64,000 nt of DNA from Spirochaetia bacterium (GTDB lineage: Bacteria > Spirochaetota > Spirochaetia > DSM-27196 > Salinispiraceae), in assembly GCA_038204425.1 (NCBI GenBank), contig JBBRCZ010000008.1:64001-128000 (forward strand), given 5' to 3'. The position numbers were made by a program, and so were the translations under genes. Positions 1 to 9,635 of this stretch are shown here, piece after piece (the first letter of the stretch is position 1; each line of letters begins with the position of its first letter). A model generated the notes under the pieces. It made no database searches and was not told the DNA's origin. It saw only the letters and a list, made by a program, of their open reading frames with translations.

Positions 1-1
1 C

Positions 2-394
2 AAGAATATTGCGATTGTAAAGCTCCAAAAAATCTTGGTAGTTTTGACTAAACAGATCAAGGTAGATCTGGACCAAAGGCACAAATTCGTGACCTTCGCG
101 TCTAGTGCGTTCCAACTCTTTTTCACCCAGCTCCATCATCTTAACTAGGTGTTGTATATAACGCTCTTGCAAGAGTTCGTCCTGCAGCATGGCCATCAAG
201 CTAGGAGAAAATGACAAAGTAATGTTAATGGGTATTTTATCTTCATGAAGGCGGTTTAAGCTCCGCAGCAACGGCAAATAGGTCTCAGAAATAGCTTCGA
301 ACAACCAGCGCTCTTCCAAAAACTCAGAATACTCAGGATGCCTGATAAACGGCAAATGGGCGTGCAAAAGTATGTTTAAGTAAGACTTAAGCAT
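2..394 (-). CDS. GH57 family (DUF1957) 1,4-alpha-glucan branching enzyme, N-terminal part, truncated by window edge
   Basis: Not in the ORF track. Manual translation from ATG at 394 gives MLKSYLNILLHAHLPFIRHPEYSEFLEERWLFEAISETYLPLL, the HAHLP..EExWLFEA.ETYLP signature of GH57 branching enzymes. Overlaps the upstream stop by 8 bp. Confidence 0.88.
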   Translation of the reverse strand, partial: MLKSYLNILLHAHLPFIRHPEYSEFLEERWLFEAISETYLPLLRSLNRLHEDKIPINITLSFSPSLMAMLQDELLQERYIQHLVKMMELGEKELERTRREGHEFVPLVQIYLDLFSQNYQDFLELYNRNIL

Positions 395-1130
395 CAAAGC
401 CCACCTGACTCTCTCTAATACTCAAAATCCTCTGTGGAATTTCAGTGTGGACGCCTCGTTCCCCTAAGGACTCAATGCCTGATAAAAAGATCAAAGCGTC
501 GGTCTCAAAAGAGTCCAGGACTTCCAGCTTTTGACTAATAGCGCCCATGGGCACGTTAATTCTTCGTGAGCTGGCAAGAATCTTCTCGCTATCGGCCAGG
601 CGAGCCAAGAGATGCACGCGATAGTGACACTCTCGATTTTGCAAGTTGAGATACCATGAGCTGTCATCCATGCTAATTGGCACCTCCATAATGTTCTGCC
701 CGGTTCTGCTTGTGGTGGCTATCCACTCTAGTCGTAAAAGTAGCTCCCTAAAATCTTGATTGTTGATGTACTCAGACTTGTCGTGAGTAGAAATATCCCA
801 ATAACAAAAGGCCCAGGCCGGATCCCTTAGCATCAGATCAATGCGGCTGACGTTGTACGATTGTGGGAACTCAAAGCTGTCGGTCTGAACATCAGTTGAT
901 TGGCCAAAAATCTGTTCCAAACTCTCAAATCGCTGCTGATGATAAGAAACCGGAAAGGCGTCTTCCTCGTCGCGACTATCGTGTTCCTCTCGCATAGCTT
1001 CGAAGACGGCAAGCTCTATCAGAGTGCGGTCGGGCTGCGATTCCACGTCTTCGTCTATATCCACCCCATACATTTCAACCAGGCGCAACAGATCTTCTAG
1101 AGTCAACTGTGAAAGCTTTTCGCGTGTCAT
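387..1130 (-). CDS. DUF4912-domain protein
   Basis: FPQSYNVSRIDLMLRDPAWAFCYWDI and SWYLNL..YRV motifs; coupled to the GH57 gene, the usual context for this family. Confidence 0.8.
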   Translation of the reverse strand: MTREKLSQLTLEDLLRLVEMYGVDIDEDVESQPDRTLIELAVFEAMREEHDSRDEEDAFPVSYHQQRFESLEQIFGQSTDVQTDSFEFPQSYNVSRIDLMLRDPAWAFCYWDISTHDKSEYINNQDFRELLLRLEWIATTSRTGQNIMEVPISMDDSSWYLNLQNRECHYRVHLLARLADSEKILASSRRINVPMGAISQKLEVLDSFETDALIFLSGIESLGERGVHTEIPQRILSIRESQVGFDA

Positions 1131-1206
1131 GAATACACCGACCTTGTCCGTAAACTATGTTCCCAGAAAGAAGAAACCGACAGAGCCAGCGGCTCCCCGC
1201 ATCCCC

Positions 1207-1235
1207 ATCCTAAGACCAAGCACAGTGGCTGTCAA
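1207..1235 (-). promoter_or_regulatory. sigma70-type promoter for the DUF4912-GH57 operon
   Basis: TTGACA-N17-TAGGAT on the minus strand. Confidence 0.6.
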
Positions 1236-1243
1236 GCTCTGAT

Positions 1244-2224
1244 TTAGGGTGATTTGTTTGGATCGCTTACTACAAGACGCATCCGTGCACTCGATCGCCA
1301 GCCATAAGCATCGCTCATGCCAAGCTCAAGGCGCCTAAAGCCTGGCTTAAGATCAATCCAGCCAGCGTTGACTGCTTGTTCATTCGACATTATATCGGAC
1401 CAAGTGGGCAAAGTAGTCCAAGCGTAGACCAATGAGCGAGACTGTGGATCAGCAATTAGTTGATAGCGAGAAAAATCATAAATACTTTTTCCATCGATAG
1501 ATAGAGTCATTTCCAAGGGAAGTCCTATCGAGGGGCGTTGTTCTTCTTGTTTAGAAACAAGTGCCAGAGAATCACGAGCGTGGACAAGAACCTGATAGTT
1601 TCGCGCCACCAGATCACTGTTTGGTTTGAGTGTCTGCGACACAAGCTGATTTAAACTTTCGTTCTTCCAAGCAAACTGTAGGCTCTGCAGTACCGGGGCT
1701 CTATCGTCCTTAAACAGCGGTAAAACCGTCAGCGGGTTAACAAAACCACCATTTTTACTGTCTTGAATTGCAAAAAAGAGTTCAACTGCGCTATCGGCGG
1801 CTGGACTCCAACTAACGAGTTCACCTCCTTTTTTTGCAAAGTATGGTTCGCTTGCTTGCCACGTTTTGTGATGCCAGCCATTCAGTTTTTCCAACGAGTA
1901 CAATGACCTAAAACCTTGTGCATGTTGAAGCAGCACTGCGGCTCGGCTGTTAAAAGGAATCCTTGAACGGTGGCGACTAATAGACGCGCTCTTTATGACC
2001 AGATCCCCATCTTCGATGGCTGAGATTGACTTGCCATCTAGCTTGAGCCAGACACCACTCAAAAACGAACCCTGATTGGCGGAAGCAAAATCAGCACTGA
2101 GCGCAAGCGCTTGACTAGGCCAAATCCACGCGTAAACCGAAGCGGGTAAACCTATTGCTACCGATACTATGCAAAATATTACCGTACAAATAATTACTGT
2201 TCTTTTATTCACCGGATTGTCCAA
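1244..2224 (-). CDS. Exported protein with a degenerate M23/LytM-like domain
   Basis: N-terminal hydrophobic segment; WP...F...G, LLQHAQGFRSLY, LFFAIQD...VNPL pattern resembles the M23 fold but lacks the Zn-binding His residues. Confidence 0.5.
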   Translation of the reverse strand: MDNPVNKRTVIICTVIFCIVSVAIGLPASVYAWIWPSQALALSADFASANQGSFLSGVWLKLDGKSISAIEDGDLVIKSASISRHRSRIPFNSRAAVLLQHAQGFRSLYSLEKLNGWHHKTWQASEPYFAKKGGELVSWSPAADSAVELFFAIQDSKNGGFVNPLTVLPLFKDDRAPVLQSLQFAWKNESLNQLVSQTLKPNSDLVARNYQVLVHARDSLALVSKQEEQRPSIGLPLEMTLSIDGKSIYDFSRYQLIADPQSRSLVYAWTTLPTWSDIMSNEQAVNAGWIDLKPGFRRLELGMSDAYGWRSSARMRLVVSDPNKSP

Positions 2225-3288
2225 TCAATTGACTGCAATCCACTGCTGTTAGAAAGCACCATACCGGATCCATGCGCTGCGACAAGATCCAAAGACTTGG
2301 CGCTGGCATCCGAAACTAGCACCGTGCGTCCATCTGGCTTCATCATTATAAGTCGATGCCCCTGACCTGTGTTAAACAGCAAGGACATGCCGCTCAATCT
2401 TGCGAGGCTTACTATTTGAACCAGCTCACCTTGTGCTTCAAAGCTTCGAAGCAAGCGGGACTCAATATCAAAGACACCAATGGAGCTGGCAAGATCCATC
2501 ACCAAAAAGCGGCCATCAAGAACCTCTTCTAGGTAGATACCTTGCCTGTTTTCTTGAGGCAGACCTTGACGAAATACCACCTCAAAATCTATGCCACCAT
2601 TGGACAATGCGTTTTCTTTCAAAAGAATCAACTGCTGCGGTTCGACGTCGGATATAACGGCCAGCACTTGAAAGTTTTCTGCCCAGCTTAGGCCGTAGAT
2701 ACAAGACAGCTTTCCTCTGCCAGGCCTGCCCTTCCACAAAACTTGACCCTCACGCGAAAAAACTATGATGCTACCGTCAGAAAAGCCAACAAAGACTCTG
2801 CCGGACGGGTCAGAGTCAACTACCGTAACAAACTGATCACCTTCAAAGCGCCAAATCTCGCGCCCGGTGGAGTCAAAGCGCCAAAAAGTATTACCTTCTC
2901 GAGACAAGGTGACTAGGCTAGAACCAAGTGCAATAGCCAAAGTACCGTTTATTTTTTTGGCTTCTTTTTTTGGTACCGAATTGAACAACAAGCTTCCATC
3001 GGTGTCTGTCTCTACCAAGTAGTTTGGCCCACTTACTACCAAGGCATTGTCCGACAAAAGCGTTGCCTTTTCTCCAGATTTCTCAAATGCCATCAAGCCA
3101 AAAGACGTATACATCGGCAAGGCTTCCTCGCCTGCGACAATGCCTGGCAGTGTTAGTATGTCTTGGCTGTCCAAATCCCAGCCAACCCTCACTCGAGGCT
3201 CAGCTACAAACGATGCGGGCAATAAAAAAACGTAAACCAACAACAAGACCAGCAAAATACCAAAAAAAAGCTTCTTCCCGACTACCAT
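2209..3288 (-). CDS. Membrane-anchored beta-propeller (PQQ/WD40-like) protein
   Basis: N-terminal TM helix; repeated FDSTGREIWRF / FSREGQVLWK blade motifs. Confidence 0.55.
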   Translation of the reverse strand: MVVGKKLFFGILLVLLLVYVFLLPASFVAEPRVRVGWDLDSQDILTLPGIVAGEEALPMYTSFGLMAFEKSGEKATLLSDNALVVSGPNYLVETDTDGSLLFNSVPKKEAKKINGTLAIALGSSLVTLSREGNTFWRFDSTGREIWRFEGDQFVTVVDSDPSGRVFVGFSDGSIIVFSREGQVLWKGRPGRGKLSCIYGLSWAENFQVLAVISDVEPQQLILLKENALSNGGIDFEVVFRQGLPQENRQGIYLEEVLDGRFLVMDLASSIGVFDIESRLLRSFEAQGELVQIVSLARLSGMSLLFNTGQGHRLIMMKPDGRTVLVSDASAKSLDLVAAHGSGMVLSNSSGLQSIDWTIR

Positions 3289-3290
3289 AG

Positions 3291-4100
3291 TTAAGTTTTT
3301 CCTGCTTGTTTTTTGTCGTCATCTTCCATCTTGGCTTTCCATACATCAAGCTTTCGTTTGACAGTTTCTGCTTGGTCACCCTCACCGAGTATCATATGCA
3401 ACCTGCGCAGTGCCGACAAAAAATTGATCGCCAGTTTAAAGTCGTCAATTCGATTGGTAGAAAGCTCATATTTTTCTCGATACCTGTCTGCGGCTTTGTT
3501 CATCCACTCTTTGCTAAGGCGCATGTAGTTGACTCTTGTTGCATAACCTTCCACTCGGGGGTCCAAATTGCCAACAAAGGTCTTAAGGTTAATCAAATTT
3601 TTGCACACCACGGCAAAGCGACCTTCCATATCGACGAACGACCACTTCCACTTTGAGTTGTCGCCAAAGTCTTCTTTGACGGCATCAATGGTGTAGCCAA
3701 GTTTTCTAATCAAATGGTAACGTTTTTCATCAGGGTAGTCTTCTATTGCTTCAACCATTTCTTGGTAGTCAGAAAACGGCACATCAATAAAGTCACTAAC
3801 GGTTTTTTCTAGGTAAATTATCGAGTCATAACACTCTTTGCGCGCATAGTTGATAAAGTTTTCGTTCTTTACACCCAAGAGGCTCAATGAGATGTTGTTG
3901 AGCAACAAGTAGAGCGAGGCTTGGTTGAGGGCATCCTCGGCAAGCGACAAGCGCTTGAAAGATGCAGCAGACTTTTCTTCGTCTCGCTCGATGGCCAAAA
4001 GCATGGTCTTTTCTCGCTGCTGGATTTGGTCAATTTCTTGCTTATAGTGACTAACACGTAGGGCATACGTTGATTTAGCCTCGGTAGAAACTTTAGCCAC
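3291..4100 (-). CDS. Conserved helical hypothetical protein
   Basis: Long ORF; probable start is GTG at 4100 with a GAGGAGG RBS, overlapping the recN stop (track start 4163). Confidence 0.7.
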   Translation of the reverse strand: MAKVSTEAKSTYALRVSHYKQEIDQIQQREKTMLLAIERDEEKSAASFKRLSLAEDALNQASLYLLLNNISLSLLGVKNENFINYARKECYDSIIYLEKTVSDFIDVPFSDYQEMVEAIEDYPDEKRYHLIRKLGYTIDAVKEDFGDNSKWKWSFVDMEGRFAVVCKNLINLKTFVGNLDPRVEGYATRVNYMRLSKEWMNKAADRYREKYELSTNRIDDFKLAINFLSALRRLHMILGEGDQAETVKRKLDVWKAKMEDDDKKQAGKT

Positions 4101-5814
4101 GAGACGCCTCCTCAAAAAGTGTCGGAGCCGGAGAGCGGTAACGAGCCAAAAGCTCACGGGCATGGCTTAAAGAAGCTTGCCCCGTTTTGTCTCCCGACAA
4201 CATACGCGCAACTTCTGCAACCCGATTCTCACCTTGGACTGAGCCGACTACCGTATGGGTGCGACCATCCCTAATCTCCTTCTCAACCTTCAAATGATTA
4301 TCGGCGCGAACCGCGATACTCGCAAGGTGTGTAATTGCCAGAATCTGCGTTTGTCGTGACAAGATCTGCAAGTGTTTTCCTACAGCCACGGCAACTTCGC
4401 CACCTATCCCAGTGTCTACCTCGTCAAAGACCAGTGTCTCAAGCTCTTCAGTGTCCGCCATGGCGGCTTTTATAGCCAACATGACGCGCGAGATTTCACC
4501 ACCCGACGCGACTTGCTTGAGGGCTTTAAGTGGCTCACCTTGGTTGGCAGACAACATAAACTCAATTTCATCCAAGCCCCAAGGTCCACACGAACCACCA
4601 CCTTTTTCTGACTCTCGGCGCTTAAAGCTAACCTCAAAAACGGCCTTTGCCATACCCAGACTCGCCAAGGCGGTTTCTACCACCTGCTTTAGACGCAGGG
4701 CAGCGGCCTTGCGTTTTTTTGAAAGTTCTAGCGCATTAGCCAAAATACTCGACTCTGCATCTTTAATTCTCTGATTAAGTTCATCGAGATTTTGGTCAAA
4801 GTTCTCAAGCTGCGAAAGTGTCTGCTTTGACTCCTCTGCCCAGGTCAAAACTTCGTCAAGATTGGACCCATACTTCTTCTTGAGCTTTTGAAGTATGCTC
4901 AAACGCTCTTCGATGCGGTCAAGGCCTCCTTCTTCAAAAACCAAGGTGTCTTGATAAGAAAGCAAGTTACTACTCAGATCTTCTAGCTCGTAGTAAAGGT
5001 TCTCCACTCGACCATGCATCTCTTGCAAATCTGAGTCCACCGCCATCGCGTCGTGCAAGCTGGCTCGCCCCTGATAGAGTCCTGCCAAGGCACCGCCTGA
5101 GCTTGCGGACAATGACTCGTAAGCATGTGCCAGGGACGAAAAAAGCTTTTCTGATTGTTGCATCATACGGCGTTCTTTTTCTAGCTCAAGATCTTCACCA
5201 GTGCGCGGGGCTGCTTCCGCGATTTCTTCAAGCGCGTAGCTAAGATAGTCAACTTGGCGCTGCCTGTCTTTTTGATTCTCGAGTAGTTTTTCGCGTTGCC
5301 TAACCAAGACTGCCATTGCTGTAAATTCTTTATAAAAATCGTCGGCAATGATCTTAAGACCGCCAAAGCGATCTATCATTGCTCGATGTTGCTCAACTGC
5401 AAAAAGACTTTGGTGCTCATGCTGCCCATGCAGGTCAAAAAGTAAGGCAGAAAAGTCAGTTAGTTCTTTGAGCGACACGGCCTGACCTTGGATGTACATG
5501 CCAGCTTTTCCATTTCTTCGCAGAATACGACGTATTAAGACGCGCGAATCTTCAAGCGCCAGGCCACGCTCGCCAAGCCATCTGATGACTTCTTGGCCTG
5601 ATGTCATAGAAAACACCGCACTAACAACGGCTTCGTCAGCACCACTACGAATTAAGTCAAGTTCGCCTTTGGCTCCTCTGATTAGTCCCAAAGCACCTGC
5701 CAAAATGGATTTGCCAGCGCCAGTTTCTCCGGTCAGACAATTGAAGCCTCGGTCAAAATGCAAAACTGCTCGTTCAACAAGTGCAATGTTGGCAATACTC
5801 AGTTCTTCAAGCAT
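4093..5814 (-). CDS. recN: DNA repair protein RecN
   Basis: MLEELSIANIALVE, Walker A GETGAGKS, ASGGEISR signature, FDEVDTGIGG Walker B, ITHLASIA; start trimmed to ATG 5814. Confidence 0.97.
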   Translation of the reverse strand: MLEELSIANIALVERAVLHFDRGFNCLTGETGAGKSILAGALGLIRGAKGELDLIRSGADEAVVSAVFSMTSGQEVIRWLGERGLALEDSRVLIRRILRRNGKAGMYIQGQAVSLKELTDFSALLFDLHGQHEHQSLFAVEQHRAMIDRFGGLKIIADDFYKEFTAMAVLVRQREKLLENQKDRQRQVDYLSYALEEIAEAAPRTGEDLELEKERRMMQQSEKLFSSLAHAYESLSASSGGALAGLYQGRASLHDAMAVDSDLQEMHGRVENLYYELEDLSSNLLSYQDTLVFEEGGLDRIEERLSILQKLKKKYGSNLDEVLTWAEESKQTLSQLENFDQNLDELNQRIKDAESSILANALELSKKRKAAALRLKQVVETALASLGMAKAVFEVSFKRRESEKGGGSCGPWGLDEIEFMLSANQGEPLKALKQVASGGEISRVMLAIKAAMADTEELETLVFDEVDTGIGGEVAVAVGKHLQILSRQTQILAITHLASIAVRADNHLKVEKEIRDGRTHTVVGSVQGENRVAEVARMLSGDKTGQASLSHARELLARYRSPAPTLFEEASRG

Positions 5815-6655
5815 CAGGACCTCCTGACCAATTGAGCTTGGTACGCAATACGTCGTAAAAATTCCTCTTTTTGGAAAAGGCAATCTTTGCTTTGTACTTA
5901 GCTGCCAAAACTTTAATGTGGTCACCTTCGTTGAGTGGAAAGCTCACTTGACCATCAATGGTCAAAATTAGGGCTGTCCGTTGTTGGTTCATCACGTCCA
6001 TGCTAATAACTTCGCTAGAAGGTAGAACAATCGGTCGATGCGAAAGTGTAAACGGACAAATTGGGTTGAGAATCATGGCATCCATCTCTGGGTGCAGAAT
6101 TGGGCCGCCTGCAGCGGCCGAGTAGGCGGTAGATCCGGTTGGTGTGGCAACAATCATGCCATCAGCACGATATCTTCCTAGTTGCCCTTGGCTTAAAGAC
6201 AGGTGCAATGAAATTATTTTTGATATGCCGGCCCCGGCCACGACTGCGTCATTAAGTGCAGCTGAGCGAAAGACCTGAACGCCCGAACGCAGCACTATGC
6301 AGTCGATCATCAAACGATTGCATTGCTCTTGTTCATTATCCAAAAAACCACCTAACTCGTCGCTCCAATCCTCGACACCAACTTCGGTTATAAAGCCAAA
6401 GTTACCCAGATTTACTGGAAAAATTGGGATGCCATACTTAGCGACTTGCCGAGCAGTTGCCAGCACGGTGCCATCACCACCCAAACTTATGGCGTGTGTG
6501 ACACCCTCAAAAGCACTAGGGTCTTCTTGATGGAGAGAATTAAAACTCTTACATTCACCCTGGCGCTTGTGTATAAATTTTACAATTGAAGCGGCGAGTT
6601 CTCGGGCGCCAGGCTTTTCTTCGTTGACAAACAGGGCAGTCATTGCAGCTGACAT
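5807..6655 (-). CDS. nadK: NAD(+) kinase
   Basis: GGDGT, GNFGF, ALND, DGMIVATPTGSTAYSAAAGGP motifs; adjacent to recN. Confidence 0.96.
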   Translation of the reverse strand: MSAAMTALFVNEEKPGARELAASIVKFIHKRQGECKSFNSLHQEDPSAFEGVTHAISLGGDGTVLATARQVAKYGIPIFPVNLGNFGFITEVGVEDWSDELGGFLDNEQEQCNRLMIDCIVLRSGVQVFRSAALNDAVVAGAGISKIISLHLSLSQGQLGRYRADGMIVATPTGSTAYSAAAGGPILHPEMDAMILNPICPFTLSHRPIVLPSSEVISMDVMNQQRTALILTIDGQVSFPLNEGDHIKVLAAKYKAKIAFSKKRNFYDVLRTKLNWSGGPDA

Positions 6656-6677
6656 GGGCACATCCTCGTCTGAGCAA

Positions 6678-7811
6678 TCATGGCAGACTTGCCAGCACTT
6701 TTTGTATCAATTCAATCTCTTTTGGCCCGAGTCCTGGGTGTAATGGAAACAATAATGTCCTCAATACAAAACCATACGCATGCACAAACCGATTTGCTTC
6801 AAAGTTTGGGTCGGCAATCTTTTTAAAAAGTATACTTCCTTCAAAGGCCAAAACTGTTTCTACGCCCTTTTTTTTGGCATAGGCTTGTACATCTGCCGTT
6901 GAGCCTTGAATCAGAACCGGAAAGCTATGCGCCAAAACATGACAATCGGGATCAAAACCATGGTGGCGGCCTCTAAGTAAAGAGCGCGTAAAGGCGTCAA
7001 ACATGTCACTTCGACGCTTAAGAAAATGGGGCAGCTCCCTAAATTGACTGCGCCCCAAGGCAGCGTTCATATCGCCCATCCACGCACTGTCGGGCAAATC
7101 TTCTACGCTCGCGCTCAAGGCGTGCGATGTTTTTTTGTTCTGAGAAAAGACCAGACAACCTCCTCCGGTCGTTAGCGCTGACCATGACTCAGTTTGTAAT
7201 AGAACAAAGGCTGCACTACGCCCCGGAAGGCTTTGGACACTTTTTTCTTCTTGGTTGGCATTGGGGGCTTGCAAAGCAAAGCCTTCGATGTCTTCTATGG
7301 CCACATTGCTTGAGGCGACTTTATCGGCAGGTAAGACCAAGGCTTGACTGATGTCTTCTAACAGCGCAATTGAGTGCTTATGACACCAGTTTGCAATCGG
7401 TTCTACCTGGCTTGCATAACCAATGCTATGGTGAACCAACAGTGCCTTAAAGGGTTGATCAGCGTATGATTTTTGACAAGCAGAAATATCAAGGCTAGGA
7501 CTGCGCTCTGCGACATCCAGTAGCACAGGTATCAAACCAAGTGATAGTGCCGTTCGCTCCCACTCGCTGGGCGCGAGAGCAGGCAAGCCGACGGCGTCAC
7601 CACTTTGAAGTCCGCTGGCCTTAAAAACGACCTCAATAGCACGTTGGTACTCGCGCAGAGCTATACCAGCGTCATAGCCCAATAGTTCGAGCACTTGCGT
7701 GACCAGAGCCTCGCCTTCTTCACCAGGTCCAATGTGGTCAAGCGCCAAACAAGTCAGGACAGCGTCCATATCCTTGCGTTTGATGAAAGGTTTAAACAAG
7801 CTAATTGCCAC
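6678..7811 (-). CDS. DegT/DnrJ/EryC1/StrS aminotransferase-like protein, apparently lacking the PLP lysine
   Basis: GDAV..P, PVLLDV, LLEDISQAL, LTTGGG and C-terminal LLFPLHPGL motifs; GTG start. Confidence 0.75.
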   Translation of the reverse strand: MAISLFKPFIKRKDMDAVLTCLALDHIGPGEEGEALVTQVLELLGYDAGIALREYQRAIEVVFKASGLQSGDAVGLPALAPSEWERTALSLGLIPVLLDVAERSPSLDISACQKSYADQPFKALLVHHSIGYASQVEPIANWCHKHSIALLEDISQALVLPADKVASSNVAIEDIEGFALQAPNANQEEKSVQSLPGRSAAFVLLQTESWSALTTGGGCLVFSQNKKTSHALSASVEDLPDSAWMGDMNAALGRSQFRELPHFLKRRSDMFDAFTRSLLRGRHHGFDPDCHVLAHSFPVLIQGSTADVQAYAKKKGVETVLAFEGSILFKKIADPNFEANRFVHAYGFVLRTLLFPLHPGLGPKEIELIQKVLASLP

Positions 7812-7901
7812 AAAGGCTCCTCACTCTCTAATCTATACCAAACAATGCTTTTTCAAAAGTACTTGAGCGCCTAAAAAAAGCATGACCTTTGCGGGCCTTG
7901 C

Positions 7902-8375
7902 TTAATTGGAAATTGCATCCAATTGCTTGAGTTCGCGTACATTAAAGAGGCGTCTGATATCGAGCAGAATCAAATAGTGATCGTCTCGATTAACAACTCC
8001 TTGAATATATTCTGCACCAATTCCCGAAATCATTTGCGGTGGCGCTTGAATTTCCCCAACCTTGACGCTTACTACGCGTGAAACCTTGTCAATAATTATA
8101 GCCAATTGCATGCCGTCGATGCTTACTATCACAAAGCCACTCAAGAGCTGATCTTCTTCACTTAAATTTGCAGAACTTATAGAAAAACGACGATGTAAAC
8201 TGATTACCGGAATAATCTCACCGCGTAGATTAAAGATGCCCTCTACGTACGCTGGAGCATTGGGGATCTCACGAACTTCTTCTATTTTTACTATGCCTTC
8301 AACATCCATAATGTTGATGCCGTATTGTTCAGATCCAAGCTGAAAAGTAACCAACTGTATAGAATCGTCCGCCAT
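7902..8375 (-). CDS. cheW: Chemotaxis coupling protein CheW
   Basis: QLVTFQLGSEQYGINI, PNAPAYVEGIFNLRGEIIPVI. Confidence 0.95.
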   Translation of the reverse strand: MADDSIQLVTFQLGSEQYGINIMDVEGIVKIEEVREIPNAPAYVEGIFNLRGEIIPVISLHRRFSISSANLSEEDQLLSGFVIVSIDGMQLAIIIDKVSRVVSVKVGEIQAPPQMISGIGAEYIQGVVNRDDHYLILLDIRRLFNVRELKQLDAISN

Positions 8376-8459
8376 TTACAGCCTCCATCATGTGCTTCAA
8401 TCTCTGCTTCAATCTCTGTAAGCAAGTTTATGTCTTTTTTTTGGCGAATGCAATCAAAG

Positions 8460-9635
8460 CTAGAAAAAAGCCATGTCATCTGGTCTTGCTACAATAGCGT
8501 CGCGGTCGCTGCCTAGTAGGGCGGCGACTTGTTGACTGTTGAGCCCCTTGGCTGCCTCAAGTTCGCTTGAAGAAAAACTAGTCACCAATTTGAGCTTTTG
8601 ATTTACTTCAATAACACTGTTGCGGTCAAAAACTCCCAGCACTTCTACTACGCCTTTGAGCAACAATGAATTGTGGGCGGCTAGAGCTTGCCAAGCACCT
8701 TCATCAACCGTCAAACTGCCTTGGGCCCGTGAGTTTTTTATCCAGCGCGTACGATTTTTTAGTGGCATGCGTGCTTCAAAAAGCGTACCAAGAGCTTCAC
8801 CAGCGCAGCAACGACTGATAACTCTCTCGGTTCGACCATGGGTGATGACCACTCTACAACCAGCATCGCGAGCTATTTCTACTGCCAAGAGCTTGGTCTT
8901 CATGCCACCTGTGGAAAACTCAGTGCCGCGATCGCCAGCGGATGCTTTGATTTGGCTGGTTATTTCGTCAACATAATCAATTGCCTGTGCGTCAGGCTGC
9001 TCACGCGGATTGGCTGTATACAAACAATCTATGTCAGAAAGCAGCAGAAGTAGTTCGGCGTCGATTTTTGATGCGACATAGGCCGACAACTGGTCATTGT
9101 CACCAAAGGCGTTGCCAATTTCCGCTGTGGAAAGTGCGTCGTTTTCGTTAAAAACAGGCACTACTCTGAGGTCAAGTAAATTCTCAACAGCTGCTCGCAG
9201 GTTGAGGTAGCTGGAACGCACGTCCCAGACATCTCGGGTGATAAGAACCTGAGCTACCGTTAATCCGTATACACCAAATGCGCGATGATACTCGTTCATC
9301 AAAAGTGGCTGGCCAATGGCAGCACAAGCTTGGCGCTCGACTACATCACTGACTCTCTTGCTGATGCCAAGCTCGCGCGCACCCATGCCGATAGCTCCCG
9401 ATGTAACAATTATCACTTGTTTGCCTTGACGGACCAGATCGGCTACGTCCAGGGCCACTCGGTGCAAGTATTCAATGTCTATGCCGCCGTCGCTGCGACC
9501 ACCTGCCCCACTGCTTATCCTGTCACCATTTCCGGGCAGGCGTGTTAGCGTATTGGTGCCAATCTTAATGACAATGCGACGAGCCTGAGCTAAGAGCGCT
9601 CTGCTTTGCTGAGCGGCTTCATTAAGTGACTTCAT
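8460..9635 (-). CDS. proB: Glutamate 5-kinase with C-terminal PUA-like domain
   Basis: IVIKIGT, VTSGAI, AAIGQ, NEND, GDNDQLSA, TGGMKTKL. Confidence 0.96.
   Translation of the reverse strand: MKSLNEAAQQSRALLAQARRIVIKIGTNTLTRLPGNGDRISSGAGGRSDGGIDIEYLHRVALDVADLVRQGKQVIIVTSGAIGMGARELGISKRVSDVVERQACAAIGQPLLMNEYHRAFGVYGLTVAQVLITRDVWDVRSSYLNLRAAVENLLDLRVVPVFNENDALSTAEIGNAFGDNDQLSAYVASKIDAELLLLLSDIDCLYTANPREQPDAQAIDYVDEITSQIKASAGDRGTEFSTGGMKTKLLAVEIARDAGCRVVITHGRTERVISRCCAGEALGTLFEARMPLKNRTRWIKNSRAQGSLTVDEGAWQALAAHNSLLLKGVVEVLGVFDRNSVIEVNQKLKLVTSFSSSELEAAKGLNSQQVAALLGSDRDAIVARPDDMAFF

Noticed and set aside
5815..5925. Long apparent overlaps from ORF-track starts (recN/nadK; also 4163, 18643, 26717, 54941)
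   Set aside because: Downstream starts with family-typical N-termini, several with a clear RBS, remove or shorten the overlaps, so there is no evidence for recoding.
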